Below, piece after piece: positions 9,517 to 18,142 of a DNA stretch of 64,000 bases. The stretch's first letter is position 1; the number at the start of each line of letters is the position of its first letter. The notes beneath the pieces are model-generated. The model saw nothing but the letters and a program-made list of their open reading frames with translations. It was not told the DNA's origin and did no database searches. This stretch comes from an uncultured Massilimicrobiota sp. (GTDB taxonomy: Bacteria > Bacillota_I > Bacilli_A > Erysipelotrichales > Coprobacillaceae): the NCBI GenBank assembly GCA_944325245.1, contig CALUZM010000002.1:5082-69081 (forward strand), in the 5' to 3' direction. The position numbers and the translations under genes are program-made.

Positions 9517-11001
9517 GTGAATGAAATCATCTTTATCAATACTTTTTTCAATATTGTTTTTCGTAATGAATTAGCTTATATGCGAGATTTTATGATATCT
9601 TATCAATATATGCAAAATTTTATCCAATGGCTGGATAAACGTCAGATAGAATGTCCTGTTTTATGCTCTATTACTGAAGACGAATATGCTTTTTTATCTC
9701 GTTTGATGAAAGCAGAAGATGTTGACCATGTTTTGCATAAGCCTTTTTCTATAGAAATGGAAAACTTGGCACGGGAATATGAAGATGCAACACATATCTT
9801 ATATGTCCCTGGATTTCAAGAAGTCTCAAATGATTTTTTAGAAACAAATTCTTATAATCATATATATTTTTATCATATTCCAGGATATTTTCATCGCAGT
9901 GATCTGTCTTTCTTTGATCCTTTTCCTGCTTTTTTCTGTGCTTTACGTCATGTTGATTTATGGCCTGGATGTTTAATTTTTAAGGGACAGCAAGCTGTTT
10001 TTGCACCCATCCATAAGCAGGAAGATATGAAACAATTGTTTCATTATATTGAACAAGAAGTCAATCTTTTTGAAGTCTATAATAATTACTATCAAAGTGA
10101 TGCGTATTTTATTCAATTGAGTGATTTACATTTAGGAAAGGATAAACGTCAAAGGGGGCTCACGCGTCTTTATGCATCTTTGGATGAATTGATTCCGAGA
10201 TTACCATCTCCATGGCCTATTCAGATTTTGATTACAGGAGATTTGATGGAATCACCTAATCGAAAAAATATGTATATGGCGAATGATTTTATGAACAGTC
10301 TTAAAAAAAGATATAAAGCGAATGTGACTTTTATTTTGGGAAATCATGATGTTATTGTGCATGGCTTTAACTTTGCCAGAAACCAAAAAAGTAAGGTTAT
10401 CGCTTATCTGTTAGGAGAGAATATTAAAGTTCTGGAACAGGAGAAAATTATTATTATTAAGATGGATACAACCAGTGAAGGGAATCTGGCTAGAGGAAAA
10501 GTTGGAGAAAGACAATTGGCAGAAATTGATGATGAATTATCAGCAATTGACCATATTGAAGATTATACTTTACTGCTTATGCTGCATCATCATGTTTATC
10601 CAATTAACAAAGCAGAGTTTATTAAGACAAAATGGCATGAAAAAACATTTATCAATCGTATCATTGAAACTTCAAAGGTTTTAGTGGATGCACCATTATT
10701 GATTGATTGGATTCAAAAAAGACATATTCATTATGTTTTTCATGGACATAAACATCTTCCGTTTTTTAGAAAAGAAGATGATTGTTACTATATAGGAGCA
10801 GGTAGTGCAACTGGAGGATTGAAAGAAAGTCGCAGTCGTTATATTTCTTATAATATTATGAAATATGATATGCGTGAGAAAAAAATGAAAATCTGTATGA
10901 TTTTTTATGATGATAAAGCCAAAGCAGAAAGGCAGCGTGTTGAAGTTTATTTATTTGAAGGAGGAAATAATCATGAAACTTGTGGATCGCATGAAGGATG
11001 A
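9517..11001 (+). CDS. Calcineurin-like metallophosphoesterase (Icc/CpdA-type) with an unrecognised ~195-aa N-terminal domain
   Basis: All five motifs present: SDLHLG, TGDL, GNHD, HHH, GHKH. GTG start at 9517 behind GAGGTG and a TATAAT at 9489-9494. Confidence 0.85.
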   Translation: MNEIIFINTFFNIVFRNELAYMRDFMISYQYMQNFIQWLDKRQIECPVLCSITEDEYAFLSRLMKAEDVDHVLHKPFSIEMENLAREYEDATHILYVPGFQEVSNDFLETNSYNHIYFYHIPGYFHRSDLSFFDPFPAFFCALRHVDLWPGCLIFKGQQAVFAPIHKQEDMKQLFHYIEQEVNLFEVYNNYYQSDAYFIQLSDLHLGKDKRQRGLTRLYASLDELIPRLPSPWPIQILITGDLMESPNRKNMYMANDFMNSLKKRYKANVTFILGNHDVIVHGFNFARNQKSKVIAYLLGENIKVLEQEKIIIIKMDTTSEGNLARGKVGERQLAEIDDELSAIDHIEDYTLLLMLHHHVYPINKAEFIKTKWHEKTFINRIIETSKVLVDAPLLIDWIQKRHIHYVFHGHKHLPFFRKEDDCYYIGAGSATGGLKESRSRYISYNIMKYDMREKKMKICMIFYDDKAKAERQRVEVYLFEGGNNHETCGSHEG

Positions 11002-12364
11002 AGAATTAGGAACAGCTTTACTTTATAATTTTACAAAAGGTTATGGACAACCTGTTCCTATAGAACTTTATGATGTGGTTTTACCACTTCTTTATAATGA
11101 TTTTATAAGAGAACATATTTTATCTTTAACATCACTTCAGGAATGTATATATCAAGGTGTACAAAAAGATGAACATTTTAAACAACATATCTTAGAAGAT
11201 ATTGAAAATGATAAGACAATGACTTCAAAAGCTTTAGGTGTAGCTATGATTCAACGTATTTTAAAGTTTGAAATTGTTGATACAACTATGTGTGGCGTGG
11301 CTTTACCAACAGATATTTTAGATTTAAATGAAGCTATTCAATTAGGAAAGATGTTTCAAAATGTATCCTTGGAAGATTTTATGACTTTACTTCGTCAAGA
11401 AGATGTTCATATTGTTGTTTTACAGAGTGCTTCTGTTGGAAAGGATATAGATTTATCTCAAATTTGTTCGTTAGGACAAGTGACGATGTATGAAGATACC
11501 AAGCCTTCAGAAATAAGAGGACGTATCTTAGGAGCAGATATTGTCATTACCAATAAAAATCAAATGACAAAAGAAGTTCTGGAAGGTTTAAACCGTTTGA
11601 AATTGATATGTCTGTTTGCAACAGGAACAAATAATGTTGATTTAACATATTGTCGAGAACATGGTATTAAAGTTGCAAATGTTAAAGATTATTCAACAAC
11701 AACTGTGGCTCAACATACATTGGCTTTATTAATGCATTTGGTTGAAAAAAATGTAGCTTATGATCATTTTGTGAAATCAAAAGAGTACGCAAGAAGTGAA
11801 CGTTTTAGCTATTTTGATGATGTTTTCCACGATGTGTCATCTATGACATGGGGAATTGTTGGATTGGGTCATATTGGTCGACAGGTTGCAGGTATTGCGA
11901 CTGCTATGGGGGCTAAAGTGCAATATTATTCAACAAGTGGAAAAAATGCAACAAGTGATTATCAGCAGGTAGATTTTGATACTTTATTAAAAACATCTGA
12001 TATCATCACGATTCATGCACCGTTAAATGATCAGACACATTATTTATTTAATGAAGAAGCTTTAAGAAAAATGAAAAAGACAGCTTATCTGATTAATGTT
12101 GGACGCGGTGGCATTATTGAAGAAAAAGCTCTTGTTAAGGTATTAAATGAAGGACATCTATCAGGTGTTGGTTTAGATGTTTTTGAACATGAACCATTAT
12201 TAGAAGATGATGTGATTTATCAGATTCAAGATATGGATAAAGTGATTTTAACACCACATATTGCATGGGGATCTATTGAAGCTAGACAAAGATGTGTCAA
12301 TGAAGTTTATCAAAATATTTTGGCTTTTCTTAAAGGTGAAGATCGCAGTATTGTCAATCTATAA
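10973..12364 (+). CDS. Fusion: ~140-aa N-terminal domain (ABC-3C middle-component/DUF6521-like) + D-isomer-specific 2-hydroxyacid dehydrogenase (glycerate dehydrogenase-like)
   Basis: The C-terminal ~320 aa carry ATGTNNVDL, GIVGLGHIG, HAPLNDQT, INVGRGG, DVFEHEP, TPHIAWGS. The N-terminal domain is in frame and there is no Met at the junction. ATG 10973 has an AAGGAGG RBS and overlaps the upstream gene. Confidence 0.8.
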   Translation: MKLVDRMKDEELGTALLYNFTKGYGQPVPIELYDVVLPLLYNDFIREHILSLTSLQECIYQGVQKDEHFKQHILEDIENDKTMTSKALGVAMIQRILKFEIVDTTMCGVALPTDILDLNEAIQLGKMFQNVSLEDFMTLLRQEDVHIVVLQSASVGKDIDLSQICSLGQVTMYEDTKPSEIRGRILGADIVITNKNQMTKEVLEGLNRLKLICLFATGTNNVDLTYCREHGIKVANVKDYSTTTVAQHTLALLMHLVEKNVAYDHFVKSKEYARSERFSYFDDVFHDVSSMTWGIVGLGHIGRQVAGIATAMGAKVQYYSTSGKNATSDYQQVDFDTLLKTSDIITIHAPLNDQTHYLFNEEALRKMKKTAYLINVGRGGIIEEKALVKVLNEGHLSGVGLDVFEHEPLLEDDVIYQIQDMDKVILTPHIAWGSIEARQRCVNEVYQNILAFLKGEDRSIVNL

Positions 12365-12379
12365 GAAATGGTGTATGAT
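12351..12379 (+). promoter_or_regulatory. Sigma-A-type promoter for the FolT-like gene
   Basis: TTGTCA-N17-TATGAT, implying a leader of about 120 nt. Confidence 0.55.
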
Positions 12380-12509
12380 AGAAAAAATATAAAAAGAAGG
12401 AGGAGTCTACGTCAGTAGCAAAGCATGTACGGTCATCAGATCGGAATTAACGCCTGTGGACTAGAAATGAGGACGAAGCAGGAAAATTTGTTATCAGTAG
12501 CATAGTGTT

Positions 12510-13325
12510 ATGGAACAATTGATTATTGCAATAGTGATTATTGCCTTAGGTTTTTATGTGTTTAAGTTTTATCCTTTTGAAAAAGGAAATGTTATGAAAC
12601 TGGTTATTGGAGCCATTTTCATTATTTTAACGGCTATCTGTAAAAGATTAGCTATTATGATTCCATTATTTGGAGCAGAGAGTCTTAAGATTGGATTTGA
12701 ATATATTCCTTTAATGTTAGCAGGATATTTTTTATCACCCAGTTATGCCTTTGTAGTTGGTTTATGTAGTGATGTGATTGGTTTGATTTTGGTTCCTACT
12801 GGATTTCCATTTTTTGGATTTACTTTAGGAACAATTCTTGTCAGTGTTATTCCTTCACTGATTCGTGAACATTCTAAAAAAATCAGTCCACAGAATGTAC
12901 TACGTATTGTTGTGGGGTTGATTTTTGTTTTAGGGATAGGGGCTTCTATTTATATTGGACAGCTTGATTCCATAAGTATTTCAGAAACGACTTATCAGTT
13001 ACATTTTCAACAAAAAATCACATTGATTTCTTTGTGTTTATTATTGATGATGATATTTATTGTCATCATTTATATCATTAAACATAGGATTAATGTACAG
13101 GAAGCCAAAACTTTTTCAACATGGATATTATGTGTAGTTGCGACAGAAATTGTTGTCACACTTTGTTTAACACCATTATGGCTGGATATGATGTATCACA
13201 TTCCTTGGACAATTTCACTATGTATAAGAGTTGTGAAAGAATGTGCTGTATTACCAATTGAGATATTTATAGGATATTGTTTAATACCTCTCATACAAAG
13301 AATATGGATACGTTTAGAAAAATAA
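12510..13325 (+). CDS. ECF transporter S component, folate (FolT)-family-like, elongated
   Basis: LKIGFEYIPLMLAG..LSP..A..VG..SD.IG.....GFPFFGFTL pattern and C-terminal LTPLWL..MY...W.....IRV.KE typical of FolT-type S components. Confidence 0.75.
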   Translation: MEQLIIAIVIIALGFYVFKFYPFEKGNVMKLVIGAIFIILTAICKRLAIMIPLFGAESLKIGFEYIPLMLAGYFLSPSYAFVVGLCSDVIGLILVPTGFPFFGFTLGTILVSVIPSLIREHSKKISPQNVLRIVVGLIFVLGIGASIYIGQLDSISISETTYQLHFQQKITLISLCLLLMMIFIVIIYIIKHRINVQEAKTFSTWILCVVATEIVVTLCLTPLWLDMMYHIPWTISLCIRVVKECAVLPIEIFIGYCLIPLIQRIWIRLEK

Positions 13326-13380
13326 TACATTTTTTATGGCTTGTTTAGTAAATTGACACGCATTAAAAATAGAATATATA

Positions 13381-13421
13381 TCAAAAGCAACAAGAATATT
13401 AAGATTCCTGTTGCTTTTTGA
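13381..13421. terminator. Bidirectional terminator between the FolT-like gene and a small convergent ORF
   Basis: AAAAGCAACAAGAAT-ATTAAG-ATTCCTGTTGCTTTT. Confidence 0.7.
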
Positions 13422-13500
13422 TTTCATGACCATCTTCATCAACTTCAATAACTTCAAAAAAATATTCAAAAATACGAGTTAAAAGATTTTTTATTTTCAA
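13399..13500 (-). CDS. Small 33-aa protein MKIKNLLTRIFEYFFEVIEVDEDGHEIKKQQES (not in the ORF track)
   Basis: TTG start 9 nt after GAAAGGGA; stop lies in the terminator loop; divergent from spoVA. Confidence 0.55.
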   Translation of the reverse strand: MKIKNLLTRIFEYFFEVIEVDEDGHEIKKQQES

Positions 13501-13596
13501 TATTTTTCATCCCTTTCATTTATAGTTTATGTTTTTATGAAAAAAATCATGTTTGAAATATAAAAAAATGTAAACACTATGTAAGAGGTGAAAAAG

Positions 13597-14040
13597 ATGG
13601 ATCGTAAGGAATATGATCAGTTGGCTGATGAATTAAAGCCAGCAGGACATAAAATAAAAAATGCTTTTTATGCATTCTTATATGGTGGAGTGATTGGTAT
13701 TATTGCTCAAGGTGTTTTAGAATTTTTTATGAATTTTTATGACATTAGTCAGGAAGAAGCAACACCTATGATGATTATTACATTGGTATTAGCGAGCTGT
13801 TTGCTTACAGGATTGGGCATTTATGATAAATTGGCGCAAAGAGCAGGGGCTGGAACTTTTATTCCGATTACTGGTTTTGCAAATAGTATGACATCAAGTG
13901 CCTTAGATTGCAAAAGTGAAGGTCTTGTCATGGGCATTGGCAGTAATATGTTTAAATTGGGTGGCACTGTGATTACTTATGGAATTGTGAGTTCAGCATT
14001 GCTGGGAGTGATTCGTTATGTCATTACGCTTTTTGGGTAA
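13597..14040 (+). CDS. spoVAC: Stage V sporulation protein AC
   Basis: AFLYGGVIGII.Q, LTGLGIYDKL...AGAGT.IPITGFANS, GIGSNMFKLGG.VI.YG. Confidence 0.9.
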   Translation: MDRKEYDQLADELKPAGHKIKNAFYAFLYGGVIGIIAQGVLEFFMNFYDISQEEATPMMIITLVLASCLLTGLGIYDKLAQRAGAGTFIPITGFANSMTSSALDCKSEGLVMGIGSNMFKLGGTVITYGIVSSALLGVIRYVITLFG

Positions 14041-15025
14041 TTCATTAAAAATCAATCATGTATATATTAAATCATCGGGAACGGTCTGTGGACCATTGGA
14101 ACATCAGGGACCATTAGGTGCATGTTTTGATAAAAGTATACAGGATTATCATTATGGTGAAAAATCATTTGAAAAAGCTGAACGCAAAATGTTAAGGGAT
14201 GCCTTGGATATTTGTTTAAAAAGAGAACATCTGAAATATAAGGATATTGATTTGTATTTAGGTAGTGATTTGATGAATCAGATCACGACAGTTCATTATC
14301 TAGCTAGAGAATTACCACGACCATTTATTGGTGTTTATGGAGCTTGTTCGGGATTTGCTTTATCAATGGCAACTGCTGCCTTGTTTATTGAAGCTGGATT
14401 TATGGAAAAAGTGGTCACTATGGTTTCCAGTCATAATGCAACAGCTGAACGTCAATATCGCTATCCTGTAGAATATGGTGCTCAAAAAAGAGAGACAACA
14501 ACCTTTACTGCAACAGGTGCTGTTTCTACCTTATTAAGTTCACAACCACAGCCAGTCAGAGTCGAAGCTTTAACACTTGGCAGAGTGATTGATTACAGTC
14601 AAAATGATGTCAATGATATGGGACGTGCTATGGCACCAGCAGCTTTTGATACTTTAATGAATCATTTTCAAGATCTCAAAAGGTCTTTCCATGATTATGA
14701 TTTGGTAGTGACTGGAGATTTATCAATGTATGGGCACCAGATTTTAAAGGAAATGCTATTACGTCATAAGGTTGATGTTGTTCATTATAATGATTGTGGA
14801 TGTATGCTTTATGATTTATCTTCACAGGAAGTTTTTCAAGGTGGGAGTGGTTGTGCTTGTAGTGCTTTGGTGACAATGGGCTCACTTTATCCTCAATTAA
14901 GAGAAAAAAAGATGAAACGTATTCTTGTTGTGGCGACAGGAGCTTTGCTTTCTCCTATGATGACTTCACAAAAAGAAAGTATTCCCTGTGTTGCCCATGC
15001 CATAAGTTTGGAGGCGGTAGAATGA
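14018..15025 (+). CDS. spoVAD: Stage V sporulation protein AD (dipicolinate-binding)
   Basis: GPLE.QGPLG..FD, SFEKAE, GVYGACS, SSHNATAERQYRYP.EYG, MGRAMAPAA, TGDL, GGSGC.CSA, ATGALLSP. Confidence 0.95.
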   Translation: MSLRFLGNSLKINHVYIKSSGTVCGPLEHQGPLGACFDKSIQDYHYGEKSFEKAERKMLRDALDICLKREHLKYKDIDLYLGSDLMNQITTVHYLARELPRPFIGVYGACSGFALSMATAALFIEAGFMEKVVTMVSSHNATAERQYRYPVEYGAQKRETTTFTATGAVSTLLSSQPQPVRVEALTLGRVIDYSQNDVNDMGRAMAPAAFDTLMNHFQDLKRSFHDYDLVVTGDLSMYGHQILKEMLLRHKVDVVHYNDCGCMLYDLSSQEVFQGGSGCACSALVTMGSLYPQLREKKMKRILVVATGALLSPMMTSQKESIPCVAHAISLEAVE

Positions 15026-15372
15026 ATTATATCATGGCTTTTTTATTTAGTGGTCTTATATGTTTGATTGCTCAACTGATTTATGATCATAGCCATTTCA
15101 CCCCTGGACATATTACCAGCATGTTTGTTGTGTTAGGTTCTTTTTTAGATTTATTCCATATCTATGATCACTTGATTGAAATCTTTCATGCAGGGGCTTT
15201 GATACCTATTACCAGCTTTGGTCATTCTTTAATGCATGGCGCTATGGCTGCTACCAAAGAATATGGCATCTTTGGTATTGCTATGGGGATGTTTGATTTA
15301 ACAGCTGCTGGAATCACTGCAGCAATTCTGTTTGGTTTCCTTGTCGCTATTTTATTTAAACCACGCTCATGA
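15022..15372 (+). CDS. spoVAE: Stage V sporulation protein AE (SpoVAEb type)
   Basis: MNYIMAFLFSGLIC.IAQ, TPGH, AGA.IPITSFGHSL, FKP C-terminus. Confidence 0.9.
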   Translation: MNYIMAFLFSGLICLIAQLIYDHSHFTPGHITSMFVVLGSFLDLFHIYDHLIEIFHAGALIPITSFGHSLMHGAMAATKEYGIFGIAMGMFDLTAAGITAAILFGFLVAILFKPRS

Positions 15373-16667
15373 ATAATTCTTATGATTTAAAACATCGTAT
15401 TCTCAATTTTAAAGGACGCTTGCTTCATCTTTATTTTCTAGCAAGTTTATCAAACGATGTTTTAATTTCACGATTGGTTGAAGGCATTGAAAATAGACAA
15501 GGAAAAGATTTGGAGAACTGTTTAAATATGGGGGATGTGGAAATCGTTTCAACCAATAATATTCAAAGAATTCAACAGGCTTTATTGGGTGGGAATTGTG
15601 CATTATTTGATGGAGAAACAACCTATCTTATGGATTCAAAAAATTACCCAAATCGTTCCATTGAAGAACCAGAAACAGAAAAAAGTGTTCGTGGTGCCAA
15701 AGATGGATTTAATGAATCGATTTTAAATAATACAGGTTTGATTCGTCGTCGTATTAAATCTCCAGAATTATGCTTTCATTTGACAACTATGGGAACTGAA
15801 AATCCTATTGATATTGCTGTTGTGTATTTAGAAAATAAAGTTGATCAGCACATTTTAAAACAGCTTCTTAAACGTATAGAAGATGTTCAGGCCCAGGAAT
15901 TTATTATGAGTGATCGTGCTATTGAAGAAGTATTATTGAATCAGGGATACAATCCTTTTCCATTAGTACGGTATAGTGAAAGACCTGATATTGTTGCAAC
16001 ACATATCCAACATGGTTTTATCGCTATTTTATGTGATACATCTTCTTCCGTTGTGATGTTGCCAACGACTCTTTTTGAAATTTTAGAACATGTCGAAGAA
16101 CATCGTCAAACACCATTGATTGGGACTTTTATTCGTCTTATTCGTATGGCTGCAGTTTTTCTTTCTGTATATCTGGTTCCGCTATTTGCCTTGATTTCCT
16201 CTTTTATGGTTTGGGATTATTCATTTTTTATTCAAATCTTAATTATGGAATTGTCTATAGAACTTTTAAGAATAGCAACTGTTCATACCCCTCAATCTTT
16301 ATCAAATGCAATGGGATTGATAGCAGCCATATTATTAGGTGAGTTTGCGATTCAGTTAGGCTTTTTTTCGGAAGATATTTTAATGTTCTGTGCGATTGGT
16401 ACAGTAGGTGGTTTTGCAACACCGAATTATGAATTATCATTAACCAATAAATATATTAAAGTTATGATGCTGATAAGTATTATGTTTTTTAATATTTTTG
16501 GTTTTGTCATTTTTAATCTGATTTTATGGATAAGTCTATCAAGGATTAAGACATTTGGTGTTTCCTATCTTTATCCATTGTATCCTTATGATGGAAAAGC
16601 ACTTTTTCAATTCTTAATTAGACAATCTAAGAAAAATCAAGTCTCAAAAGAGTCCTCACAAATTTAA
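15369..16667 (+). CDS. spoVAF: SpoVAF/GerA-family spore germination protein
   Basis: YPNRSIEEPETEKSVRGAKDGF.E, PFPLVRYSERPD, ELLRIA..HTP..L..A.G.IA..LLG. Confidence 0.8.
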   Translation: MNNSYDLKHRILNFKGRLLHLYFLASLSNDVLISRLVEGIENRQGKDLENCLNMGDVEIVSTNNIQRIQQALLGGNCALFDGETTYLMDSKNYPNRSIEEPETEKSVRGAKDGFNESILNNTGLIRRRIKSPELCFHLTTMGTENPIDIAVVYLENKVDQHILKQLLKRIEDVQAQEFIMSDRAIEEVLLNQGYNPFPLVRYSERPDIVATHIQHGFIAILCDTSSSVVMLPTTLFEILEHVEEHRQTPLIGTFIRLIRMAAVFLSVYLVPLFALISSFMVWDYSFFIQILIMELSIELLRIATVHTPQSLSNAMGLIAAILLGEFAIQLGFFSEDILMFCAIGTVGGFATPNYELSLTNKYIKVMMLISIMFFNIFGFVIFNLILWISLSRIKTFGVSYLYPLYPYDGKALFQFLIRQSKKNQVSKESSQI

Positions 16668-16784
16668 AGTTGATTTTATCATTCTGTGCTCTCAAAAATT
16701 CACTAAGGACATAAAAATTGAAGAATTTTCTTTCTTGTTTAGATAAACAATGATACAATAGGAAAGAAATGGGGAGACAGAATT

Positions 16785-18053
16785 ATGAAAGAAAAAATCT
16801 ATCATCAATATATTCGCATTTTAAAAGAGGAACTGGTTCCAGCCATGGGGTGTACAGAACCTATTGCGCTGGCCTATTGTGCCAGTAAATGTCGTGATAT
16901 TTTAGATGATGACATTGTCAAAGCTGAAGTTCAAGTCAGCGGTAATATTCTTAAAAATGTGAAAAGTGTTGTTGTACCTAATACTGGAGGTCTTAAAGGT
17001 ATAGCGGCAAGTGTGGCAGCAGGCGTTGTTGCTGGAATTACTGAAAATGTTTTAGAAGTCATTGCTCATGTGCAGGAAGAACAAAAGCAACAGATGAAAC
17101 AATGGTTAGAACAGGTGCCTGTTGATATATCGCCAATGGAAAGTGAAAATGTATTAGACATGATGATTCATTTGATTGGTTCTCATCATGATGCAAAAGT
17201 GAGAATCGCAGGATATCATACACATATTGTTTATATTGAAAGAGATCAGCAAGTGCTTTATCATTGTGGTGTTGTATCTTCTAGTGATGAATCCTTGACT
17301 GATCGTAGTTTATTAAATATCCATGATATATATGAATTTGCTAATCAAGTGAAAATAGAGGATATCAAAGATATTCTACAGAGACAAATTGATTATAATT
17401 ATGCGATTGCCTGTGAAGGGTTAAAAAATTCTTGGGGTGCAAACATTGGTAAGATTTTATTAAAGACTTATGGTGATGATGTCAAAGTCAAGGCTAAAGC
17501 TTATGCGGCAGCAGGTAGTGATGCGAGAATGAGTGGTTGTGAACTTCCTGTAGTTATCAATTCAGGAAGTGGTAATCAGGGTATGAGTGCCTCTTTACCA
17601 GTCATTGTCTATGCCAAAGAATATCAGAAAAGCCAAGAAGACCTTTATCGTGCATTGATTGTATCAAATCTATGTACAATTCATCAAAAGACAGGTATTG
17701 GACGTTTATCAGCCTATTGTGGAGCTGTCAGTGCCGGTATTGGTGCAGGATGTGGGATTGCTTATTTATTAGGTGGCGATTATGAAGCCATCTGTCATAC
17801 TATGGTCAATGGTTTGGCCATTGTTTCAGGAATCGTTTGTGATGGTGCGAAGCCTTCATGTGCTGGGAAGATAGCCAGCAGTGTTGATGCCGGTATTTTA
17901 GGATATTACATGTATAAAAATGGTTGTGAATTCAAAGATGGAGAAGGTTTGGTTTTAAAAGGTGTAGAAAATACGATTCAAAATATTGGGCGATTGTCAC
18001 GTGATGGAATGAAAGAAACAGATAAAGAAATTATTAGATTGATGTGCCGTTAA
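16785..18053 (+). CDS. Serine dehydratase alpha-like / L-cysteine desulfidase family protein (UPF0597, YhaM/CdsB-like)
   Basis: PAMGCTEP, DARMSGC.LPV..NSGSGNQG, GRLSAYCG, CDGAKPSCA.K. Confidence 0.85.
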   Translation: MKEKIYHQYIRILKEELVPAMGCTEPIALAYCASKCRDILDDDIVKAEVQVSGNILKNVKSVVVPNTGGLKGIAASVAAGVVAGITENVLEVIAHVQEEQKQQMKQWLEQVPVDISPMESENVLDMMIHLIGSHHDAKVRIAGYHTHIVYIERDQQVLYHCGVVSSSDESLTDRSLLNIHDIYEFANQVKIEDIKDILQRQIDYNYAIACEGLKNSWGANIGKILLKTYGDDVKVKAKAYAAAGSDARMSGCELPVVINSGSGNQGMSASLPVIVYAKEYQKSQEDLYRALIVSNLCTIHQKTGIGRLSAYCGAVSAGIGAGCGIAYLLGGDYEAICHTMVNGLAIVSGIVCDGAKPSCAGKIASSVDAGILGYYMYKNGCEFKDGEGLVLKGVENTIQNIGRLSRDGMKETDKEIIRLMCR

Positions 18054-18142
18054 CAAGGATGATTTTCCTTGTTTTCTTTTTAAAAAATAGTAAAGTATTT
18101 TTGAATTTTTTATGCTATAATACAAAAGTTAGGGGTGAAAGT

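Noticed and set aside
12386-12509. THF riboswitch or c-di-GMP-I riboswitch upstream of the FolT-like gene
   Set aside because: Only fragments (ACGAAGC, GCAAAGC) resemble them; the core consensus blocks and helices are missing. Kept as an unknown leader instead.
13551-13579. Forespore sigma-F/G promoter for spoVA (GTTTG-N14-GTAAACACTA)
   Set aside because: Biologically expected, but the match and spacing are too weak to call.
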